A stretch of DNA of 34,075 nt from Ruminococcus sp. GTDB taxonomy: Bacteria; Bacillota; Clostridia; Oscillospirales; Acutalibacteraceae. Below are positions 17,174 through 25,300 of the stretch, one piece after another. Under the pieces are notes generated by a model. The model saw nothing but the letters and a program-made list of their open reading frames with translations. It was not told the DNA's origin and made no database searches. The stretch lies in contig JAZSFG010000063.1 of assembly GCA_045532065.1 (NCBI GenBank), positions 1 through 34,075 of the forward strand, in the 5' to 3' direction. The number at the start of each line of letters is the position of its first letter. The stretch's first letter is position 1. The position numbers were made by a program, and so were the translations under genes.

Positions 17174-19306
17174 ATGGAAAAATATCTAGTAATTGCGACC
17201 TTTGTCGGTGCGGTACTGGCTCTTGCTTTCGCTGTTATTATGGCAAAACGTGTGCTCAGTTTCGACGAAGGTACAGAAAAAATGAAAAAAATCTCTCAGT
17301 CAATCAGACAGGGTGCGAACGCATACCTTAAAAGGCAGTACACTATCGTGTCTATCTTTTTCGGCGGAATGTTCCTTATTCTCTGTGCGATGGCGATATT
17401 CGGCTTGCTCACACCGTATGTTCCGTTTGCGTTCATCACTGGTGGTTTCTTCTCAGGTCTTTCGGGCTTTGTAGGAATGAAAATCGCTACAGCTGCAAAC
17501 GCTCGTACTGCTAACGCGTGCAGAAGCGGTCTTAACAAAGGTTTAAGAGTTGCTTTCTCCGCTGGCTCTGTTATGGGCTTTACAGTAGTTGGTTTAGGTC
17601 TTTTAGATATCTCAATCTGGTTCTTCTTACTCAGATTCGTGTTCCACTGCGAAGCTGCTGAAATTACAAGCGCTATGCTAACATTCGGTATGGGTGCTTC
17701 GTCTATGGCGCTCTTTGCTCGTGTAGGCGGCGGTATCTTCACAAAGGCTGCTGACGTTGGCGCTGACCTTGTTGGTAAGGTTGAGGCCGGTATTCCTGAG
17801 GATGACCCTCGTAACCCTGCTTGTATCGCTGATAACGTAGGCGATAACGTAGGTGACGTTGCAGGTATGGGTGCTGACCTTTACGAGTCTTATGTTGGTT
17901 CAGTTATTTCTGCTTCAGCATTAGGTGTTGCTGCGTTCTCTAATTTACACGACAAGTCATTCGGCTTCTACGCTATGGCTGTCCCTATGCTCATCGCAGC
18001 AGTAGGTATTCTTTGTTCTATCTTAGGTACATTCTTTGTACGTACAAAGGAAAACGCTACACAGAAAATGCTCTTAAAATCACTTTCACGTGGTACAAAC
18101 CTTTCAGCTATTATCATCGCTATTGCTGCATTCCCGATTATTTACTATATATTAGGTGAAGGCAGTATGAAGAATATCGGTTTCTACTTCGCTATTTTAG
18201 CAGGTCTTGTTGCTGGTGTGCTCATCGGTCTTTCTACCGAGTACTTTACTTCTGACTCGTACAAGCCTACAAAGAAGCTTGCTGGTAAGTCAGAAACAGG
18301 TTCTGCAACTATTATTATCGGCGGTTTAGGTTTAGGTATGCTTTCAACAGTACTTCCTATCGTAATCGTTGGTGCTTGTATTCTTATTGCTTATTATGTA
18401 TCAGCTGGTAGCTTAACTGAAGCAAGTGGCGCTTCAGGCGGTCTTTATGGTATCGCTTTAGCTGCTGTTGGTATGCTCTCTACTTTAGGTATTACACTCG
18501 CAACTGATGCTTACGGTCCTGTTGCTGATAACGCAGGCGGTATTGCTGAGATGTCAGGTTTAGAGCCTGAGGTAAGACAGAGAACAGACGCTCTTGACTC
18601 TTTAGGTAACACAACTGCTGCTACAGGTAAGGGTTTTGCTATCGGTTCTGCTGCTTTAACAGCGCTTGCTCTTATCGCTTCATACATCGACGAGATTTCT
18701 GCAGCAACCGGTTTTGACTACACATCATTCACAATTATGAACCCTTGTGTACTCGTAGGTATCTTCATCGGTGCTTGCTTACCGTTCGTATTCGCAGCTC
18801 TTACTATGGAAGCTGTTGGTCGTGCGGCACAGTCCGTTGTTATCGAAGTAAGACGTCAGTTCAAGCAGATTACAGGTCTTTTAGACGGCAAGGCTGATGC
18901 TGACTACGCAAGATGTGTTGACCTTTGTACAAAGTCAAGCTTAAAGGAAATGATTCTTCCTACTATCGTTGCAGTTGTAACTCCTGTTGCAGTTGGTATG
19001 ATTTTAGGTGTTAACGGTGTTGTTGGTATGCTCGGCGGTGCTACTGTCACAGGCTTCCTGCTCGCAGTATTCATGTCTAACTCCGGTGGTGCGTGGGATA
19101 ACGCTAAGAAGTACATCGAGTCAGGTGTACACGGTGGCAAGGGAAGTGACCAGCACAAAGCTGCCGTTGTTGGTGATACAGTAGGTGACCCATTCAAGGA
19201 TACATCAGGTCCTGCTATCAACATTCTTATCAAGCTGCTCTCTATGGTATCTATCGTATTCGCAGCTCTTGTAGTGAACTACTCAATTGCAAACTTCATT
19301 TTCTGA
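17174..19306 (+). CDS. hppA: Membrane-bound K+-dependent pyrophosphatase, probably Na+-translocating
   Basis: DVGADLVGKVE, DNVGDNVGD, GNTTAA (Ala = K+-dependent type), GDTVGDPFKDTSGP. Confidence 0.96.
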   Translation: MEKYLVIATFVGAVLALAFAVIMAKRVLSFDEGTEKMKKISQSIRQGANAYLKRQYTIVSIFFGGMFLILCAMAIFGLLTPYVPFAFITGGFFSGLSGFVGMKIATAANARTANACRSGLNKGLRVAFSAGSVMGFTVVGLGLLDISIWFFLLRFVFHCEAAEITSAMLTFGMGASSMALFARVGGGIFTKAADVGADLVGKVEAGIPEDDPRNPACIADNVGDNVGDVAGMGADLYESYVGSVISASALGVAAFSNLHDKSFGFYAMAVPMLIAAVGILCSILGTFFVRTKENATQKMLLKSLSRGTNLSAIIIAIAAFPIIYYILGEGSMKNIGFYFAILAGLVAGVLIGLSTEYFTSDSYKPTKKLAGKSETGSATIIIGGLGLGMLSTVLPIVIVGACILIAYYVSAGSLTEASGASGGLYGIALAAVGMLSTLGITLATDAYGPVADNAGGIAEMSGLEPEVRQRTDALDSLGNTTAATGKGFAIGSAALTALALIASYIDEISAATGFDYTSFTIMNPCVLVGIFIGACLPFVFAALTMEAVGRAAQSVVIEVRRQFKQITGLLDGKADADYARCVDLCTKSSLKEMILPTIVAVVTPVAVGMILGVNGVVGMLGGATVTGFLLAVFMSNSGGAWDNAKKYIESGVHGGKGSDQHKAAVVGDTVGDPFKDTSGPAINILIKLLSMVSIVFAALVVNYSIANFIF

Positions 19307-19335
19307 TAATTGGATTATAAATAGTAATTATATAC

Positions 19336-19374
19336 AAACAGCGTGTGGATTTTTCTACACGCTGTTTTTGTTTT
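19336..19374 (+). terminator. Intrinsic terminator
   Basis: aaacagcgtgtgga-ttt-ttctacacgctgttttt. Confidence 0.8.
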
Positions 19375-19378
19375 CTGA

Positions 19379-19407
19379 TTGAACACGCAACCTTTTGTTG
19401 ATATAAT
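19379..19407 (+). promoter_or_regulatory. sigmaA promoter
   Basis: TTGAAC-N17-TATAAT with TG extension. Confidence 0.6.
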
Positions 19408-19435
19408 TAGATTATGATATTTAGGAGGCAGTATT

Positions 19436-20389
19436 ATGAAAAGATTCTTTTGTATTTTGATTGCTGTAATAATGATTCTGTCCTGTGTTATTACTTCGTC
19501 TGCGTTTGGTTGGGAAGATCCTGAGATTATCACAGTTGATGAAGCTGTTAAGGAGCACGAGCTTAAAACAGGCGAAAAAGTTGAGACAAACAGATACTAC
19601 TTCCTTATGCCTAATGGCTCTAACGGTGATTTGGGCGATGATGATTCGGTTGACGAGTTCGGTTATCCGATAGGACATTTTGGAGAGTATTCTGAGTCTT
19701 GGTTTACTACTTTATCAGATGGAAGTCCTGCGACAAATACTGCTTGTATTTACTGGTGGGATACAAGAGTTGCTGACCCACCATCATGGGTAGGATATCT
19801 TCCTTCCGGTATTGACGCGAGCGACCATTGTGTCTTCTATGCCGACGTTCCGAAAGCTGTTAGTGCAATCATCTGGAATAATGGTGTTGATGCTGGTATG
19901 GACACCTCAGCAGATATATATAAATGTCGTCGTCAGACGATTTGTATCCCGTGTGAATTTTATGATCCATCTGAATCACCGAATTATCCTGATGGATTAG
20001 AGTCTTTTGACAATATGATTTATGTTCTTGACCCTGACAAATGCTATACTTGGAACATAAAAGAGTATATCGGTGAATGGTATTACTATTATGGTGATGG
20101 CTGTTATGGCTTTAAAAAAGATGGTACAAAGGCGGATTGCCTTCGCCACGACCACTTTGATGCGGATGGTAAACACATAGAATTAGAGGAATCAGGCGCA
20201 GTAACAGGTGATGTCGATGGTGACGGGTATCTCAGCATAATGGACGCAACATTGATTCAGCGTCACGTAGCACAGATCGATGACTTCAGTGATGAACAGG
20301 TTAAATCTGCTGATATGGATAAAAGTGGAGCAGTTAGCATTTTCGATGCAACAAAAATCCAGATTTACCTTGCGGGTTACAGAGAATAA
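19436..20389 (+). CDS. Secreted protein with C-terminal type I dockerin and possible divergent CBM26-like domain
   Basis: Signal peptide (MKRFFC...SSAF); GDVDGDGYLSIMDATLIQRHVA / ADMDKSGAVSIFDATKIQIYLA dockerin repeats; AGGAGG RBS. Confidence 0.85.
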   Translation: MKRFFCILIAVIMILSCVITSSAFGWEDPEIITVDEAVKEHELKTGEKVETNRYYFLMPNGSNGDLGDDDSVDEFGYPIGHFGEYSESWFTTLSDGSPATNTACIYWWDTRVADPPSWVGYLPSGIDASDHCVFYADVPKAVSAIIWNNGVDAGMDTSADIYKCRRQTICIPCEFYDPSESPNYPDGLESFDNMIYVLDPDKCYTWNIKEYIGEWYYYYGDGCYGFKKDGTKADCLRHDHFDADGKHIELEESGAVTGDVDGDGYLSIMDATLIQRHVAQIDDFSDEQVKSADMDKSGAVSIFDATKIQIYLAGYRE

Positions 20390-20411
20390 AATAATAGTTT
20401 TGATTTATCAC

Positions 20412-20447
20412 AGCGTATCAGGCAACTGATGCGCTATTTGTTTTTTT
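20412..20447 (+). terminator. Intrinsic terminator
   Basis: agcgtatcag-gcaa-ctgatgcgct followed by T-rich tract. Confidence 0.8.
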
Positions 20448-20476
20448 AAAAGGCTGCGGTGCTCAGACGTTTAATG

Positions 20477-20610
20477 ATATCACGCCTCGTAGTGCTGCGC
20501 TGTTCCTCGGAAAAAATCCTACTCGTCTAACCACCATACGGGCACTTTGTACCCTTTGGCAGTCCCGACTCGTATGTCGTTTTCTCGAGGGCTGTGCACC
20601 TCGGACGCTT
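20477..20610 (-). repeat. Structured palindromic repeat / candidate ncRNA, copy B (plus partial third copy 20442-20472)
   Basis: Reverse complement aligns end to end with 4536-4667 (shared GGGACTGCC, GGTGGTTA, ACGAGGCGTGATAT) with covarying stems. Confidence 0.75.
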
Positions 20611-20616
20611 AGATTT

Positions 20617-20630
20617 CGAACACCTGTTCG
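20617..20630. promoter_or_regulatory. LexA (Cheo/SOS) box-like palindrome
   Basis: CGAAC-ACCT-GTTCG matches Gram-positive CGAAC-N4-GTTCG. Confidence 0.55.
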
Positions 20631-20644
20631 AATAATTCGCTATT

Positions 20645-20745
20645 AGAATTAACAATTACAGACTGAAATCTTTATATCTTACAGAGAATTAACTATTACA
20701 GATTGAAAGTTTTTATTATTCCAAACGGAATTAACGATTGCTAAA
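20645..20745 (+). repeat. Three phased imperfect direct repeats (core GAATTAACnATTRC, spacing 40 and 42 bp)
   Basis: agaattaacaattacagactgaaa (20645), agaattaactattacagattgaaa (20685), ggaattaacgattgctaaactgtaa (20727). Confidence 0.7.
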
Positions 20746-20931
20746 CTGTAAGTCAGATATATAAAGGTGTAACTGGAGTTTTTTTGCTCTGTCTGTTAAA
20801 ATATAGTTGTAAGGTAAAGAGCCTTACTAATACAAAACCTTACTTTTTTAATAACTTTGAATACAAATCTTTCACAGATTGGATATACAGAACATTAAAC
20901 TTTATGGAATTTTTTGAAGGAGGATGAATTT

Positions 20932-21102
20932 ATGCGTATCAATGTAATGGGCGAAAAGGTTTCGGACAAGATTGTAAAAATGTACGTAAACGAATTGGTA
21001 AAAGCACATCCTGAAAAGAGAATTTCTACGGTGGATATCATCGTAGAGGGCGATTTTCTGAAGGTTAAGTGCAAATATGAGGAATTAGACTGCATCGCTT
21101 GA
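20932..21102 (+). CDS. 56-aa hypothetical protein
   Basis: AAGGAGG RBS 8 nt before ATG 20932; MRINVMGEKVSDKIVKMYVNELVKAHPEKRISTVDIIVEGDFLKVKCKYEELDCIA; TGTTAAAAT extended -10 at 20794-20802; terminator directly after stop. Confidence 0.75.
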   Translation: MRINVMGEKVSDKIVKMYVNELVKAHPEKRISTVDIIVEGDFLKVKCKYEELDCIA

Positions 21103-21140
21103 AAAAAACCTCCTGCTGATTAGCAGGAGGTTTTTTATTT
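21102..21140 (+). terminator. Intrinsic terminator
   Basis: aaaaaacctcctgct-gatt-agcaggaggtttttt. Confidence 0.88.
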
Positions 21141-21143
21141 TGC

Positions 21144-21172
21144 TTGACATTTTTATAAAAGAAGGCTATAAT
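21144..21172 (+). promoter_or_regulatory. Consensus sigmaA promoter
   Basis: TTGACA-N17-TATAAT directly upstream of the riboswitch. Confidence 0.85.
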
Positions 21173-21178
21173 CGTTTC

Positions 21179-21281
21179 AGTAAAGGGGAGTAGGAAGCAG
21201 CTTTGCTGCGGTATGGTTCGTCATCTCGTAGAAATACCGGACCACGCCCGAGACAGTTAGTTTTGTGACGAGACTTTTACT
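21179..21281 (+). ncRNA. yybP-ykoY (Mn2+) riboswitch aptamer
   Basis: AAAGGGGAGTAG...CGTCATCTCG...GACGAGACTTTT hallmarks; P1 agtaaag/ttttact; upstream of a cation antiporter. Confidence 0.88.
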
Positions 21282-21309
21282 GCGCAAGGCGCAGTAGGAG
21301 TCTTTTTTT
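21272..21309 (+). terminator. Riboswitch expression-platform terminator
   Basis: gacttttactgcgc-aag-gcgcagtaggagtc-ttttttt; 5' arm overlaps the aptamer P1 3' strand (ligand-ON logic). Confidence 0.8.
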
Positions 21310-21325
21310 ATATTTGGAGGTCTAT

Positions 21326-22261
21326 ATGATTTGGCTTAACGTTTTGCTTTTGCTCGTTGGTTTTGTGCTTTTAGTTAAAGGCGCTGACTTTTTCGTTGAC
21401 GGCAGTTCGTCGGTTGCCCGATTGCTTAAAATTCCGTCGGTTGTAATTGGTCTGACGATTGTGGCTATGGGTACTTCAGCACCTGAAGCGGCTGTTAGTA
21501 TCACAGCGTCTTTGCAGGGAAGTAACGAGATTGCCCTGGGTAATGTTGTCGGCTCGAACATCTTCAATCTTCTAGCTGTTGTCGGTATGTGTGCGTTGAT
21601 TAAGCCGTTTGATTTAGACAAGACAATTTTAAAAAGAGACTTTCCTGTGAACCTTATAGCCTGCGGCGTGCTTCTTGCTTCTTTGCTGATAGGCAGACTT
21701 ATCGGTATTCTGGACGGAATAGTAATGCTTGCATTGCTGATAGGATACATTACATTTTTGGTCATCGACGCATTGAAAAATCGTACAGAAGGCGACGAGA
21801 ACACAAAGAAAATGTCGCCAATAATCAGCATCATTTGTATCATCGGCGGTCTTGCTGCTATTATCTTTGGCGGTAACCTCGTAGTTAATAACGCAAAAGA
21901 GATTGCTTCGGTTGTAGGTTTGAGTGAGACATTCATCGGTCTTACAATTGTTGCTGTAGGCACATCGCTTCCTGAGCTTGTGACTAGTATTGTCGCATCT
22001 AGAAAGGGTGACAACGGGCTAGCTCTCGGAAATGTTGTCGGTTCTAACATCTTAAATATTCTGTTTATTTTAGGACTTTCGAGTGCTATAAGCCCGATTA
22101 CAGTTGATATGAGCGCTATTATCAATACAATCATTATGATTGCATTGACAGTTACCATATTTATTGTTTGTGTTATCTGCAAAAAGCTCGGCAGAGTTGA
22201 AGGAGCGTTGATGGTAGCTTCATACATCGCTTATACGGGCTATCTTATTTATGTAGGTTAA
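21326..22261 (+). CDS. Ca2+/Na+ antiporter (CaCA, YrbG family)
   Basis: Two alpha repeats GTSAPE...GNVVGSNIFN and GTSLPE...GNVVGSNILN; GGAGG RBS before ATG 21326. Confidence 0.92.
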   Translation: MIWLNVLLLLVGFVLLVKGADFFVDGSSSVARLLKIPSVVIGLTIVAMGTSAPEAAVSITASLQGSNEIALGNVVGSNIFNLLAVVGMCALIKPFDLDKTILKRDFPVNLIACGVLLASLLIGRLIGILDGIVMLALLIGYITFLVIDALKNRTEGDENTKKMSPIISIICIIGGLAAIIFGGNLVVNNAKEIASVVGLSETFIGLTIVAVGTSLPELVTSIVASRKGDNGLALGNVVGSNILNILFILGLSSAISPITVDMSAIINTIIMIALTVTIFIVCVICKKLGRVEGALMVASYIAYTGYLIYVG

Positions 22262-22283
22262 GTTAATAAAGAATATAGAATAT

Positions 22284-22325
22284 AAAAAAGCCACCTCACA
22301 AACGTGAGGTGGCTAAATTTATTTT
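22284..22325. terminator. Bidirectional intrinsic terminator
   Basis: agccacctcac-aaac-gtgaggtggct between convergent genes. Confidence 0.82.
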
Positions 22326-22334
22326 AGTAGATTC

Positions 22335-25300
22335 TTACTTTGTTTTGTAAGTACCGATACCATATCCGTCGTTAATCTTTGCAACGAATCTCTGGACTAA
22401 TGTAGCGTCTGTGATAGATACATCACCATCACCATTTACGTCACCAGCAACTAAGTCGATGTCGCCAGGGATTTTTGCAACGTGTCGCTGAATGTATGTA
22501 GCATCCGAAATAGATACTGCATCAGATCCATCTACGTCACCAACCATGTACTGTGTGCTTGAGCCTGTGCAGATGTTATCAGCCTTGTCGAGTACGAAGT
22601 AATCGTACTGAACGTTGTTGTCAGGTCTGTACTGCTCTGAACCGTATGTGTGTGTATCCTGTGACATATTAGAGTCGTAGTGATTAGCCTTGTCGTACTT
22701 AACAACGATTTCGTGGTTGCCTTCTGTGAGATTTAAGAGAAGGTGTGTACTTGTCTGGAAATCGAAGTTTACTACAGGGAATACAAGTGCGCCTACGTCT
22801 TTACCATCAACGAATACGGAACGGATAGCAGCATTTGAGCAGGAAGTAGGGTCGTTAGAGCTGTAGTCGTTGTAGCAAGCGAAGAAGAGGTACTGGCCAG
22901 CTTCCTCGATGTTTACGTTAATCTTGAGCTCTCTGTTTACGTTTGCAGCGAAAGTATCTGTAACAACCTGCTTGCCGGAAACAGTAGCCTTAGAAAGATT
23001 TGTGAGTGTGCAACTTTCTGCTTCAATCTTAATGCGGCTTGGGCTTACGATGATTGGTCTTGACATTTCGCTCCATACGCCATCGCGAGAGATTACTACT
23101 ACTGAGTATGCACCGTAAACTGTAGGGTCTACTGTGTATGAGTTAGTAGCGCAGTCAACGTACTCGCTGCCTGTCCATACTTTGTATGTACAGCCTGACT
23201 GTGCGCCCCATGTGAGCTTGTTGCCTGAAAGCTTAGCAACAGGCATTTTAGGAGAGATAACGTGGTTTTTCTCGTCGTTGAGGTTTACTTTCTCGTCGTT
23301 GTACTCGTTTTCACTTTCCTTAACAACGATGTCGATTTTGTAATCGCCAGTTGCACCGAATGGGAGTGTGTAGGATGTGCCTACATTCTCGCCGTTTACT
23401 GTGATAGAAACGATTTCACTTCCCTTACCTGTGAGTGAGAGGTCGATTGTAGCATCACAGTATGTGTAGTTATCAATGTAGAACGGACCTTCCATCCACT
23501 CAGGAACGTAAGGCTCGAATGTGATACCGTCAGTATCGTAAATCATACCGAAGAGCACCTTGTAGTAACCTGAAAGTGTAGCCGCGATAGACCATAACTG
23601 GTGGTTAACGTGGATACCTTCACCTGTTGTGAAGTCGACAACTTCTTTGTTTACAAGAGAAGTAGCAGCCGCTGTGATACATGAGTTCCAGATTTCTTCT
23701 GAAAGCTCGTCGTAGCCGTGTTCTGCACCGGCAAGCATAAGCTGTGCTTCCCAACCAGGCCATACACCGCGGTTGTGGTAAATTCTGTCTTTGTGCTCGA
23801 GGTCACCCTGTTTGCTAGGGTAAACTACGTTTGCACCGTAAGTTACGAGTGGGTAATTTTCAGCGATTGACTTAAGCTGTTCTTCAGTACCGATGTTAAA
23901 CCAAAGTGCGTAGCCGTTTGCGATACAGTCGATCTTGTATGCAAGTGGAGCGCCCATGTAGCTTGGATACTCCCAAGCAGCGTATGCACCGAGTTCATCG
24001 TGCCACAGTCTTTCTGTAACTGCTTTGTAGAGAGCATCGTATTTTTCCTGTAAGTATGCTTTGTCGTCTTTGCCTAAAATTTCAGCAGTTTCGATCATCC
24101 TCTGGAGTACGCCGAGGTAAATCATATTAACAGAAGCAGCTTTACCTTCTGCGATGTTAGCAAGAGATTCTTCAACCTCGTTGCCCATCCAGTCAGGATA
24201 TGTCTGTGAACGCCAGTCAAGACCACAAGTTTCGCCCTTGATAAGGCCTGACTCTTCGTCATAAACTGTGTTGTAGTCCTGCTTGATGTTATCTAAGCAG
24301 ATGTCGTAGAAATATTCGAGTACAGACTCGTCGCCTGTTGAGAGGTAGATTTCCCATACTGAGAGGTATGTGATAATCTTGTCAGTTGATACAGGGTAAG
24401 AACCGCCTGTGCCTGTGTCTTCTTCGAATACTTTAAAGCCGTTGAAGTGAACAACTTTTTCTTTCGCACAGTTAAGAGAAATTTCAGGATAGATAGCAGC
24501 TAATGAGAATTCACATGACATAGCTGTGTCACGAGTCCATACCTTTCTCCATGTTTCACCTGTGTAGAAAGCTGTACCAAACTCAGACTGGAACTTGTTG
24601 ATTACTGTTTCTTCCATAGAGAGGTTGTAAACAGCTTCAGCTAAAGGTGTGTTAGGAGCACGGAAAATAGGCATATCGTCAGTTTTCTTTGTCTGTGTCC
24701 ATGTTTTAGCTGTACCTGAAGTTGTAGATGTGATTGATGTAGGTGAGTTTACAGTAACTGTACCCTTTGTATCAACAATTCCGTTAGGATTTAATGTATA
24801 TGAGTAGCCGTATACATAGTCAAGGTCAGCATTAAACTGTGTGCTTAAGTAGTAAGCAGGAAGCTGTGAAGCCTGAACATAACCGCTTTGCTTTTCTGTA
24901 TTGAGAGTAAATCCGTCAGCGCCAACACTGAAAATACGATATTTGCCTGTAGAATTGTCTACATACCATTTGCCATAGCTATCCTTGTTACCGTCAGCAA
25001 CACAGAATACATCTGCAGGTGAAACATCGTATCCTGTTACTTTCAGGTAATTTCCTGTTTTTGCATTCTGGATGTAACAAACCTGTGGATCATCTTCTGT
25101 TGGGATGAAGTTCCATGTTGTGTTAGCAGAGGCGTAGTCAGCAGCATTTATGCTGATATAAGCAAGCTTGCCGTCTTTTTCACACAGTACCTGGTCAGCG
25201 TGGTCACTCCAAGCGCTCTGGATAGAAACGTTCTGCTGGATTTTATCGAATGTGTAGAAGTTCTTTGTATCGCCTGTAAGTACAGTTGCGTTGTATGCAC

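Noticed and set aside
16936-17331. 131-aa ORF across the DAGK-hppA intergenic region
   Set aside because: Crosses a terminator and promoter and overlaps two real genes
20645-20745. Mini CRISPR array (units end in ACTGAAAT/ATTGAAAG, like some CRISPR repeats)
   Set aside because: Period of 40-42 bp leaves only ~15-nt spacers, repeats are degenerate, and no cas genes are in the window
21322-22227. 301-aa antisense ORF
   Set aside because: Shadow of the hydrophobic CaCA gene; no recognisable motifs or RBS
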